Origin: Ylistrum balloti
Lineage: Eukaryota
Assembly (NCBI RefSeq): GCF_031769215.1
Contig: NW_026782198.1
Coordinates: forward strand, 186,001 to 250,000
Direction: 5' to 3'
DNA length: 64,000 nt
Positions within the stretch are counted from its first letter, which is position 1. Each line of letters opens with the position of its first letter. Both the position numbers and the translations under genes were made by a program. Under the pieces are notes generated by a model. The model searched no databases and was not told where the DNA came from. It saw only the letters and a list, made by a program, of their open reading frames with translations. Positions 26,485 through 39,151 of this stretch are shown here, one piece after another.

Positions 26485-28767
26485 CTGTAAAATAAAGGGG
26501 AAAACAAACATTAAAACCAACACCGGGTGTTCCGGATCGTTAATGCCTATACACCAACAGCTGTTAACGGGCCTATGTAAAAACAATCAGCGACCAATCT
26601 CGTTAGTAGAAGACGACTTGTGAGGTATCGAGTGTTCTTGTCAGTGAAGCTCGTACCATCTAAACAGACACTCGTCTGCTCTGTTTACATACAAATCATT
26701 CCCAGAGACCATCCCGATCATTCCCAGAATTATATTAATTGTTTGCATATCAATTTGCCATTTACCGTAATTTCTCAATTGACACAAAATAACTAACGAT
26801 GCGTTTTGCTTGGTTTTATTGGAAATAACCCATTATAAATACCTATTTTATTTACCAGACAGTTTTTTTTTAAATACACGTATTTGCTTAATTTGATTTT
26901 GGACAATGCCATAAATTGACACAAATTATTCATCTTCAAAATTATGAAAATATTTCTTTGTGACTGACTTCTGTTGAGTGATAACCATTACCGATTCCTT
27001 TAAAAGTCAAATCGGAGACGAAATATAAAGTAATAATTTAAAGACTAAATTATCCTAATAAACGTGTGATCATATCAGGAAATTAATTTAGCAAATTCAT
27101 TTAGCCGAAAATAGTTTATTTAATCACTTTTCTCTTTAGTTCGATCAAAAAGGATTGGAAAATGTATCCCCAATCCATCATTTACCGGTAACCAGTAGCT
27201 TTCAAACCTCTTCATACAGACGAGTACATGAATACCGATTGATTATTTTTTATCATTAACGGCGATTATTTTTCTGTTCACAGAGGGAAAAAAGAAAATT
27301 ATTTTCCGATACAATCGTTACTAATGTGCTATAGGAACAGCGCGATGATGCCCGTGTCAATATTTACATATGATATTTGATCTCGATATTGTTCAATGAT
27401 ATTCAACAAGTCAACTACAGTTTTATCTCAACATATCATTAATTCTCGAGAAATAAAAACACTGCTCAGAATATATAGGGAAAACAGATTTTATGACGCG
27501 AAATCCTGTAAATATCGATATTAGGTAAACAAAGATTGTTTAGATCCAACATGACTATTCGTATCAATCAAAGAACTACCAGTTCAAAGTTCAAACTGAT
27601 TCCTGAATTAATTACTGGATTTTTCTTTTCTGGCAATATTTGGAATTGAATTTGCTTAAATTTCTAATTGTAGATAAATCGTATTTCATTATCATGGATA
27701 TGTTTCTAAACATATATGTATATTTACAAATAAATATGACAGGTTTCCTAACAAGAATGCATTCTACCATATTATTCTGGTATTGTTTTCAAGTAGGAAT
27801 TATTTATAAGACCACACAAATATATACAGTGCAGAATTACTTTACAGTATTTTACATTATGCGTTAACAACACTCGGTGGGATTTGTTCACTTGTTAATT
27901 TGACAAATTAGTGAATGAGAAATAAATATTTACATATAATATATATTTAAACCGCTTGTTGGCCTAATCATAAAGGCATATACGAAAAACAAAACAAAAC
28001 ATAAACATTGTTAAAAACGTCACATAAGAGGGCTAAACCTGTTGGAATTAATCGCAAGCATGATGTTTGTGTGTAAATTATTCAACATCAGCCGAGACCA
28101 AAATTATCGGTCTAAAACATATTGTTTATAATGACTGTTTTGTTTATGAGTCCCCGGAGAAAACCCACAGGTGACAAAGACTTTCCGAGGGACTACTAAA
28201 TAATTGGCCTCATGGGATTTTTATTCGGCTCGAATACACATATACATTGGCATTTCGTAATATTCTATATTACTGACAAATATAAACAGTCATTAGATAA
28301 ATAGGTTTAACAAGAACACTGAACGGTCACGCATTTATTTACATTACTTTGAGTGATAGATAAGATATATTTCATGTCGGTTTCTATTGAGTACTGTGTG
28401 AGTTCTGCTAAATGCATTATATACTTTTAAATATAAGATGTTTATTTAATTGTTGAAACCTGACCGCGTCTTTTACATATAAAAAAAGGTTCACATGTCG
28501 ATAAAGGTTTTTTTTGAAAATACATAGGATATATGTTAAATAAAAGGACTCCCTGTTCATGACATAAGTGAAAACGGATAGAACTAATGAACGAATACTT
28601 TAATGAGACACATTTTTAACTGGTGTCAAATATTTTGAACAATATTCAATATATTTCTCACGCATTCAAGAATATGGACCTGTAGCCTGATATTTCCAGC
28701 CAATATAATAAAAAATATGCAACATTTAGAATTCTTTATGCGCAAAACAGTATTTTTAACTACTTAC

Positions 28768-28831
28768 CGTTTGCGAATAGAAGTTGTAATCTGTAATGAA
28801 TCCCATTGTTTGTCTTTGGTCCCTCGGGTTC
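28768..28831 (-). CDS. COE: COE/EBF coding exon 3 (EPEGPKTNNGIHYRLQLLFAN-G)
   Basis: KTNNGIHYRLQLL motif. TTTTTCAG acceptor and G|GTAAGT donor; 64 nt, phase 0 to phase 1. Confidence 0.97.
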
Positions 28832-29394
28832 CTGAAAAAGCAGGTTATAATATCTTCAGAAACACTGACGTTTGTTTTTAGTCCAAAAGTAAACATTCTT
28901 AATACCAGTCCAAGAGACATTGCTATTTCTATTTTACGAGTTGATTTTAACATCGAATTCCACAAAATTAACTAAGCAGATCGATTTACTTATGTATACT
29001 GAGACTAAATAATACTTGTTCATTTTATGCTATGTCTTTCTGAGTATGTTTTCACCGTGTGCTTCCCATGTTTTCAGTGTAATGCCGTTTATGAATATTT
29101 CATTCCAAGTGCTCGGCCTAACAAGCTATTTTGCGTTTTAATGAGATTCCCAGATTGACTTCACAGGAACGCCATATGTCGTAAATAAGAGAAAAACGTC
29201 ATAAAATACAGGATTGAGAAACGTATATAACAGATATATTATTTCTAAAAAAGAGATGATATGTATAACAAAAATGTCCAATGAGTCACTTCATCAAAAC
29301 TATGTTCACTGTACACAGTAACTACGGTTCGATGATAATATCAACATCCAGAAGTCATAAAAATATAAAAATTGATATTGACCTGCAAACTTAC

Positions 29395-29548
29395 TTGTTC
29401 TTTCTCAACAAAATCTATGAAAGCAGTTCTTTCAACTTCGATAGGCTGGCCCTGCCTATCGTATAAAGCTAATACAAAATGAAAGAAGTTGCTTTTCCGT
29501 AGATTACTTGGGGGTTGTTTCTCAAAGTGTGCTCGTCCGAAACCAACA
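29395..29548 (-). CDS. COE: COE/EBF coding exon 2 ([51 protein letters not shown])
   Basis: Signature COE DNA-binding-domain motif [37 protein letters not shown] acceptor and CAA|GTAAGT donor; 154 nt. Confidence 0.98.
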
Positions 29549-29895
29549 CTGCAAGGTAAAGAAAACACCCAATGGAATTTCGGACATTGCTGTTATATAT
29601 TGAATAGAAGTACCAAGGGACTGAAAAACATAGCTTCTCATTGCGGATTGTAAATGTGATAAGCGTCCGAACGTCGGCTAGCCCTGTCAGTAAACAGTGT
29701 TGGATTGAATCCCTTATGTGAACTTGACCGATGATACCGAAACGACAGACATCAGTTTAAAGCGAGTGTGAAAATTGTGATAAAATTCAATGAACGTCGT
29801 TCAAAGTTGAGTTAAATAAAAAACACACTCACGTAAAAATGAAATAAAAAATATTACAAATTAAGTTGTTTTTGTTTGATTAAATAAATATCTAC

Positions 29896-30047
29896 CTTCC
29901 CCCACCCTGGTCGACGACCGTAGGCTGCATCCAGTTCCTAATTGGGGCTGGTTGTCCTGTCGTCTGCTGCAGTGGTTCTTCCTTCATATGTGTTGATGCT
30001 GTTGGCGGTAGAATTCTCGGTGGGTTGGTTTCTGGCGCCCCAAACAT
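29896..30047 (-). CDS. COE: COE/EBF (collier/Olf-1/EBF) transcription factor, coding exon 1 (MFGAPETNPPRILPPTASTHMKEEPLQQTTGQPAPIRNWMQPTVVDQGGG-S)
   Basis: ATG at 30047-30045 with an in-frame TAA four codons upstream. MFG...MKEEP...R.WMQ matches the EBF N-terminus. 152 nt ending in a phase-2 AG|GTAGAT donor that restores frame with exon 2. Not in the ORF track. Confidence 0.9.
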
Positions 30048-30369
30048 GTAAGAACTCCCTTAGTAAATACTATACACACAACTCATGTCAGCGAATATCC
30101 ACGCACACTTTATAATCACACGACACACTGGCACATTATACTTCACAAAGAAAATATATATAAGTGTATATATATTTCTTTTCTATATATATTTTTTTCA
30201 ATTTTTTTTTCAAAAATCACAGTGTGAAATTGTTGTTTGTATTGTAGATATGCGGGTCAGAGATCGAATATAAGGTAAAACCCGGTTTCATTTACACTGC
30301 ATGCGTTCTCGACAGCTTCTGCTGGTAACTCTCACGGGTACCCGTTTTGTTGAATTCATGTGTACAGTG

Positions 30370-30620
30370 TAACTCTCCTGTCCCTGAGGAAGAGAATATA
30401 TCCCTCGGGAAAGTCTTTTGCTCCGAAGATGTCACCCGAACAGCCAATCAAATGCCGTAATACAGACATCGATTGCGAACCGCCCGCCTCCCGACCAACG
30501 GGACTCGAATCATGGGATTCCCCAGTCCAATCAGATGGCTCAACGGGTCAACACTAATATCTTACAACACATGCTCTGATCATCTACACACGCCGCCGGA
30601 GGAATACTGTGATATTGATC
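30370..30620 (-). promoter_or_regulatory. Probable proximal promoter of the COE gene
   Basis: Local GC/CpG-rich patch 320-570 bp upstream of the ATG. Contains two CCAAT boxes (30444-30448, 30527-30531), a GC-box-like CCGCCCGCCTCCC (30480-30492) and a perfect COE site (30401-30410). The TSS cannot be fixed from sequence. Confidence 0.6.
30401..30410. promoter_or_regulatory. Perfect COE/EBF binding palindrome TCCC-TC-GGGA upstream of the COE ATG
   Basis: Exact match to TCCCNNGGGA. A one-mismatch copy TCCCTGAGGA lies at 30381-30390. Binding is inferred only. Confidence 0.55.
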
Positions 30621-33264
30621 CCTGCGCTGTGTGGCAATCAGATGATACTAACGTTTTGAAAAATGAATTTCTCTTGATAAAATTCTTCTCAGGTCGGTGT
30701 CTACAATGAGGTTTTTAATACGCGTCCGTTAAAATGATATTTTTCAAGGAGAGATTTAAATAATTTTGTGAATTTCCTCAGCGGTAAAGTGACAGAAGGT
30801 CGATTTCGTATCATAACAAAAGCACGTGGTAGTTAGGAATGTCAAAATACAACAGACCACGCCCCTCGGAGCGCCCACGCCGCTTAACGGACCTTTCTCT
30901 GTGATACTGCCTGGAATGTCGTTTTTATTTAGATTGGAATCTGTTATATGCAACTAGGCAAAAGTTGAAACGATAGTATTGTCAACTTCTTATTCACAAA
31001 GCTTTTATTAAAGGACAATACTGATTGATTTGGTTATAATGACTGCATAAACCATTCATGAATATTACTAATACTAACAAAAATTGACAAATTGTAATTT
31101 CCAAAGCTATAATCTAATTTCAAAATTAAGATTTAATATGCTGTAAACAAATTTGAATCTTTTCTCACAGAGCTGATAGAAAAGGAATGGTAAAAAAAAA
31201 TCTTACAGATGAACACGTAGTATGTCAATCTCGAAGCAGTACACATACTTTAGAAAAAGACAATTTCGATCATATACAATGATAGTGTGTGTTTTGCAAT
31301 CATCAGATATATACTAGATATCTCATTGTACTGAAATATCATTTACACGAACTTAATAACGGATTATACTACTATATATATATATATAAGAAATAACTGA
31401 GCAAAATATTGGTTAAATTCTACATAGAATATCACCAGGGGATATTTGATGTAAAAATCACTACCATTCTCAACGGAAATCTATTCTAACACATCCGTCA
31501 TGTTTATTGTGACTTGTTTGTAAACAAAGAATATCGGGATGATATTAACTATTTGCTTTTACCGGAACAGGTGTGTAATTAACGGACCGGAAAATTATCC
31601 GGAATTACTCGAAAATGCTAAATGTCACATTGTGGGGCATGAATTATTGATCAATCTGGAGTGTTTGCTTTGTCGTGATATCACGTGACACTATTTGACC
31701 CTTTTATGTGACTAGAACGTGAGGTGGTGCTGGGTATTGATACCCGATCCCTTTAACATCATCCTCACAATACCCAGTACCGTTAATTCGCTCGGAACCC
31801 GTTAGCACGTCTCAAACATCTGTGACGCATGTTTCTTTTGTACCTTTTGGATACCAATCGGGTCAAATGACCAATGGTCAAATCACTGACCAAATGGTTA
31901 ATATTTCTTTTGAACGACGAGAGACTCCTTTACATTGGCAAATCTTTTATTGATGGTGTAGGTAGATAGCAGGACTCGGTGTTAACTTCACCGTAACGTC
32001 ACAATCACTTAAATAAATCGATGTTTATCAAATTAATATGGATATGAGTGAGAGCCAAACACTGAGTAGATATAGCAAGCTTTCGGAAAACGTTTCTGAC
32101 CATCTTTTCATAAAACTTTTAAGTTATACACTGTATGTTACTCCATAAATAGGATGTTTTCATGTTGTTTCCACTCATATAAATTCTATCCGTTTTGTAT
32201 ACAAAACATTATATGAAGCTTTTAAACATAAGAAATAAGACAATGGAAACATGAAAAGAACGTATGTTTTACTCGAAATGCTTCTTATTCATAGTCGACA
32301 GAGGTTGTTGTAAGCCCTTAAGGAACCACAAAGCCAATTAGTTTTACTGATATGAAAAACTTATCGTTAATACAATAAATGATTGTACACTTTTGTCTTT
32401 GTGGTTAAATGCATTCACAGAAAATGTCATTGGAAAGTCAAGATACATGTAACTTTAAGATTCGTGTTGTATATAAATCATGGAATTATTTAACTTTATG
32501 ACATGTAATTAATTTCTCATCTGACAAAGTTTAAACCATTAAAAGGAAATTGCTCATCAATCTAAAAAAAAGAATAAATAAATAAAATGCAACAATATCT
32601 ATATATCTATGACCCGTATATGTTATTCTAGCTGTCACTGAAGGAACTACCGTGTTTGTTTATTTGTCTATAACAGACGAGTTGTATCTACAGATATACA
32701 TACAACTATTCCAAGCCTTTATTTCATCCAATACAAATCATATATCTTTCAAGTTTATTGAAACACTGACAAAATCGAATTGGTGCGGACAAATAAATTT
32801 CTGATGTTTCTAATCGATATCAAAATAATGTTAAAGAAAATATGCCATAATTTATAACTGGAGTATAACAAGACAGTCCTCCCAGGGGCGTGCTTGGACG
32901 TACAATTTGTGTAACGCTATTTTTCATAATCATCCTTTTCATTTTTTTTCAATATTCAATGTTTGGTAACATATGGAATTTATCAAAAGTAAAAAGTGAG
33001 ATAATTTCTTTTCCGTTAAAAGTAAATAAGATCTTCATGACTGTCTAGGTACACTATCCGAACAAATTCTGTCAAAATGACGCGCGTGTGGTACAATGTG
33101 TAGCACCGTTAATATAAAACTAAATTTGTAGCTGGGGCTATCTTTCAGACTATCATTTCTAACAATTGTTATCAAATTCATACAAAGACGATTTTGAATT
33201 AAATGCGACACTCTCCTGGATGTTCAATATAAAACCCTATAATTGGTATCTATTTCATGCTACA

Positions 33265-34870
33265 CCCTTTCACTTCGAGGTCCTTAGCTACCAATACTAA
33301 TGAATATCCCGTCCCTTTCGAGGTGTCCAACCGCTCTTGGGTATTCCCCCTTCAAAGTCCTCAGCTGCCAGAGGACCCTCCTTTCGAAGTCCTCAATTGT
33401 CATGAAAGATCTCAACTATCATTGTGAGCTTCCCTTCCAAGTCCCACACTTTGTTCTGGAACAGACTCACTTGTGTACCTGACCTCGAGATCCTCAACCA
33501 TCATAGTGGTCTTTCCTCGAAATCCTTAGATATCGGTGTATATCTCCCTAGGAGATCCTCAATTATCATCGGTAACACCAATCGAGATCTTCACCTATCA
33601 TTGTGTATCATATCTCGAGGGCATCAGCTATCATCTGTATCATCCCTCGAGACCCTTCATTTGTATATCCTCAACTATCTCTCCACCAAATCCTGGACTA
33701 TTATACATTTCTAGCCTCGAGGTCCTCAAATATCATCGTATCACTCCACGTGATCTCCAATTATCATCGTGTTCTCCCCTCGAAATCCTCATTATCCACG
33801 TATATCTCCCCTTAAGATCCCCAGTCATCATTTTTATCTCCTTTCAATATTCTCAACTATCATTGTGTAATTCTCCTCGAGATCCTCAATATCATTGTAT
33901 ACTCCTCTCGAAATCATCAATTTCCACATATATCTCGATATTCTCAAATAGCATGGGTGTCTCCCTTCTATATTCTCAACTGTCTTTGTGTATCTCCCCA
34001 CGAGATCCTCAACTATCATTATTGTGTACCCGCTTAGAAATCATCATTATCCATATATCTCCCCTTAAGATCCTCAGTCATCATTTTTATCTTCCTTCGA
34101 TATTCTCAACTATCATTATGTGTCTGCCCTCGACATCCTCAACAAAATCAGCGAATCCCTTCGGACATCCTTAACTGTCATTGTGTGTCCCCCTTCGAGA
34201 TCGTCAACAAGCATTGGGTAATTCATCTTGTGATCCTCAATCATCAATGTGTACTCTCCTCGAGATCTTCGCTATCCGTGTATGTCTCCCCTCGAGATCC
34301 TCAATTATCATGTTTTTATCTCCCCTCACATCCTCAACTATCATTTTATGTCTCCCCTCTAGATCCTCAACTAGCATTGTGTACCTCACTTCGAGATCCT
34401 CTAACATCATTGTGTATTTCCCCTGGAATCCTAAAGTAGCATTGCATATCTCCTCTCAAGATCCTCAATTATCTTTTTTCTCTCCCCTCACATCCTCAAC
34501 ATCCTCTCCCCTGAGATCCTCAGCTAGCATTGTGTATCTATCCTCGTGACCCCCAGTTATTTTTTCTCCCCTCGACATCCTTAACTATCATTTTGTGTCT
34601 CCCCTCAATATTATCACCTATCATTGTGTATTACACCTCGAGGTCCTCAACTATCATCTGTATCATCCCAGGAGACCTTTAACAACCATGATACCACTTC
34701 TCGAGATCTTTAACCATCCTTGTGTACCTCTCGTCGATATCCGCAATTTTCGCTGTTTCTTCACTCGAGACCCTTATTTTTTTATAACATGCCTCGAAAT
34801 CCTCAACTCTCACCGTGTACCCTTTAACAAGGTCCAGAACCTAACTCACCTTGTTTATCCTCCATGATGT
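33265..34870. repeat. Old, highly diverged ~33-bp minisatellite (about 45-50 units), consensus CCCCTCGAGATCCTCAACTATCATTGTGTATCT
   Basis: Recurrent CTCGAGATCCTCAA/CTATCATTGTGTA blocks with ~33-nt spacing. Explains the cluster of pseudo-ORFs at 33300-34867. Confidence 0.9.
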
Positions 34871-37800
34871 CTCCTTATCGGAGTGACATTTTAATCACCA
34901 TTTTTTTTTGTTTTGTATCGGTACATTCTAGGTCAAATCCCCAAAACCAGTTGTCATTCCCCCCGGCCTTCTTTACAACTCCGCCCATGCCACCTCACCC
35001 ACAGATGACATAGAATCTGAGATCAATATTAAAAATGTCAATGTTGTTTATAAAAATAAATAATTCAACTCTTCATTTTTCAGCCATAAAGTCTTTTTTA
35101 ATAATCCCATACACCTTTGATGAAATCTTCTTCGTGTTCGTATACATAACATAGATATATGCAAATCCATGTGTTGTATTGCTGGAATAAATTAATTACA
35201 TTGTATTGTGCAAAATACGAATGATCTCAGATGGTCCATTCTCAGGACAGCGGTCGAATGTCCGAATTTGCCATAACATTTCAACAAACATGATCTAGTT
35301 TTCCGATATCCCGACAGTTCGACCTGAAACAAATCACACTAAATAGGATTACTTCTCTGTCCAATATTAGCGATTAATCACTTTTTTGGACCTACACTGA
35401 ATACTTGTACAACTGTACGCCACCTACCGTACAAAGATAAAAGGGAGATAACAACAATAATTAGACTCCCGTATCCAGTTATGATACTGTTACATGTAAG
35501 TTCCGAGGTAAATATGAATAAATATCATTGATTTTTTTAAAGCATAGGTATCGGCATTATGTCTTTTTTGTTACAAGAAATTAGTGTTTTTCAGATATCA
35601 GATAAACTGCCACTGTTTCTTATTGCGTAGATGTACAGTGGATGTTTGAAACACCAATTTGCGATACGCAAATATTTTTCTTTTAAAAGTTGTTAATCAT
35701 CTTTACACTAATATACTGACAAGCAGTAAGATCTTTTTTACAACAATATGGACTCAATACCAGGAAACTATTCAAAATACAGGAAATATGTCTCTGCGAA
35801 GTTGGTCTTTATAATCAAAGGTACTAATGTATTTTAATCAGACAGTTAAGCTGAGGACTCCTATACATCTATAACCGAGTTATATAGAGCCCGTCTGTAT
35901 GTAAAATGTCAACGAGTTAATTTACTGCGTATGTGTTTCTCCTGTGCTAGATACAGCTGCTGGCAGTCTGACTGACGGGACAAACAGGTTGTACCCAGCC
36001 GGTGGTATCTGTGGGACTAGGGATGACATTAGAGGGGAAGGAAAAAGTGGGAGAGGTAGTCTTATTGTGTCGTGATGAGATATTTATGATCTTTATAAAA
36101 GTCAAGTCCAGGTCGTATGGCCGGTTTGCCTATACGTACCACTGCGTCAGTTTTTCGTGTCAAATTAACTTTGTTTACAATGCTGGAATAGTTTTGATGC
36201 TTCTGACCATGGTCAGTTCTCACACACTAAACGTTACAGGATAAAATGACGGAAAAACAAATGAGTAAGTCGTTAACCTCTTACCTAAATGATAACGACA
36301 CGAACGGAACAGTGATAATTACACCTCCCCCGGAAACAGACATAAAAACACATTAAAATAACCATTTTAACTGAGAAGAATAGGCCTGCTTGGTGTGAAT
36401 TAACAGCCAGTTTCAGTCGTTAAATTTTTGTTTGTTTGATCATTTCATTACAAAACTCCTTAAGCAGAATAGTATACATGTATTTCAAAACAAAATCCAG
36501 AATTTCCCACTCTAACGCGTATGTTCTTCAACACAAAACTGTCGTGAGTACAAAGTTAAAACGCAGCCTAAATGACCCAATTTATGTGTTACCAGCTGAT
36601 CGCCACATTACATCGTGATATATAATGTTACCCAGGATTCATAAAACAAGATATGTTTTAACTCAAAACACGAATACAAACTCAAGGCCATTTCATTTCT
36701 AGTTTGAAATTTTATACTTGAACCGCCAACTCCTACCCCCAACCATGTAAGATCCCATGTTCCTAACGCCGGATTCGTTTCGCACCTCCGTGCAAATTTG
36801 GCGTGCCATGGCACGTGCTCGGAGAACGGACAAGTGACACTACGTCATACTGAGTGTCCGACGCTTATGGTACGTGGCATCTATACCGTGACGTAATAGT
36901 AGTCTGGATAAGTTATGTTTCAACATAAAGGTAAACATTTATGGGGTGCGTTCACTTAATCAGAAACACTCTGTAATTGTACTAAGACCTTATGGTCGTT
37001 CTAGGTCCGGACTCTGTACCACAAATGTCAAGTCTTCTTATTCATCAAACAGTTTTCATGAGACAGACACTTTTATAAAAATCAAAGCTTAAATGATGTT
37101 TATTGTTCGTCTCTTTTTTAAATGTTAATGCTTTCCTCAAAACGAGTCTTATCTGAATAGATATCTTTATTTTGAGCAAAAGGACCTAAAGGCGATACAT
37201 GTTAAGAAATACATCTTGTCCGTTCCCAAAGAATTGTACATGTTGCCCCCATTATATGATCAGAGGCAATTAAACTTCAGAACTTTATATTTTCTCTTTT
37301 TTCTAGCAACCTTTTTGCCTGCTTTTGTCTCCATTCTCACTGCTTCCCTTACATACCAAAAGCTGTTGATAGGACGTGAAACAATATAAACCTTACCAAA
37401 CTAAACACTTCTAAATTGATTGTTGACGATCTACAAAATGGCGCAAATTTGTCATCGCATCATATCTACGTTTAAGGAAATCCTGGCCAGAGTTAAAGTA
37501 ATTAATTAACAGTATATTCTGATTTGATTCATGTAATTAGCAATCAAAATTGTAGGCCATGATACTGTGTACACTGAAATACGGAGGTGTCTATTCCTTA
37601 AACAAACATGGCTAACGGACATTTCCGGTGTCAATATAAGAAGCTATTCAAATCTCTACGTCTTTTGTTCGTGGACAATTAAAGCAATTTGACATTTTTA
37701 TGAAACTCTGGCATTACTATCTATTTCATGGAAAAACATATTCCTCACAACTTTTTTATTTGTTATTGTGTGCGCTGTTTATGACTTGAGAATTTATCAT

Positions 37801-37989
37801 TTCTTTACGGAGTTACTTGGAATTTGAACTTAAGTTGAACATCTTTTTAGATTTTAATATAATTTTGGTTGCAGTTATATAGAAATTTGTCTTTTAGAAA
37901 ATGAAATGCGTTTTTTCAGTTACGATGGATGTAGGACGATAAAGATTATAGAGACTTTTACGGTCGTAATAATGATCTCACCAAGAAAT

Positions 37990-38110
37990 GTTCTGTTTCT
38001 TTGTGCGATATGAAGCTGGACGTGTTTGATGCTCGTTAACATACCTGTTGGTTCCGTTATTGTATACCTTGTTCTCATTTGTGAAAATGACACTACTTAC
38101 TTGAATCGAC
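37990..38110 (+). repeat. Internal fragment of the Penelope-like element 3' tail
   Basis: TTTGATGCTCGTTAACATACCTGTTGGTTCCGTT...GTTCTCATTTG...GACACTACTTACTTG aligns with 13047-13165. Confidence 0.7.
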
Positions 38111-39141
38111 ATTCTAGATCACGTGACCTTATTCTCCTTGTACTTTTTTTCAAACGCCTTCCAGAGTAAAGCTTTCTTTTGCTAATATTTGCCCTAGTTT
38201 TATTGAATTTAACTTTGATTCATGATTTCCTTAACATGTCGATATTTTCTGTGCTGTTTTTGGTATGAACGCAATGGGATACCAGAATAACATACGATAT
38301 GTTTATTTCCCATTGTGTTCACGCAACTATAAACGCAATACATACAGAATCAGATCCAGAATATCAAAGAAGTTTAACGGAATGACGAACGGACAAGGAC
38401 AAATGGACATGACAACTACAATGTATAAAGTAGTCCTGTATATCTAAACGGCTTCAAGTCTCCTCTACCCTATGCTCAAAGTTAAAAAAAAAACGTATTG
38501 AAAGTTCCAGAATTTGCCATTAGTTTTTAATTAGGAACATTTTAATTATGATTTTCTATTTTTCAATCCACTTGATAATTGGCTCGGGAATAATTAAGAA
38601 CATGAAAAAGAATTCTATAGTATCTATGATTCAGTTCCTACCAATACTTTAAGGTCATTAACTAAAATTAAATTTTCAAAAGTACTTTTCGCGGTCACTT
38701 AATAAGATGAAGACTTCAAACAAAATTGAATCCATATCATTACATGTAAAACCCCTCAAAGAACCTATCATAGTTTCCCTGCCGCCACACCAGAAAAAAT
38801 GTTGATGGTGATTTCGTTATCGACCAAGAAAAAATGTTAGGTATAGTTTTAAAGAAAAATCTCGTGATTACGTGATTTCCCTCAAACCCTTTGGCTGGAG
38901 TCGCTTAGCTGACTCAAAAAGAACCATAGCATATATCATTACATCACGAATCCTCAGTCATCATTACACGTTTTCTTCATTAAAACCATACAAGTTTGCA
39001 ATATAAAATTGAAATTCAACATTTTAGATTTGTCGTTGCTTTTGGTTTTCATTTCTTTTTTTTTCTGATTTTTTAATTATTCAAATGAATGTGCAAAATT
39101 CTGACTTTCCGAATTTTCATTTTTGTTCAGTTCACCAAGTC

Positions 39142-39151
39142 TCCCGAGGGA
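39142..39151. promoter_or_regulatory. Perfect COE/EBF binding palindrome TCCC-GA-GGGA about 9 kb upstream
   Basis: Exact TCCCNNGGGA in otherwise AT-rich sequence. Confidence 0.35.

Noticed and set aside
29341-29568. ORF-track call as a stand-alone 75-aa protein
   Set aside because: Only 29395-29548 is exon 2; the rest is intron read-through.
29901-29906. Alternative exon 1 donor G|GTGGGG
   Set aside because: It would be phase 1 and shift exon 2 out of frame.
33300-34867. Cluster of ORFs up to 212 aa
   Set aside because: All are translations of the 33-bp minisatellite.
38380-38410. GACGAACGGACAAGGACAAATGGAC, a possible second HINE end
   Set aside because: No terminal hairpin or satellite units recognisable.
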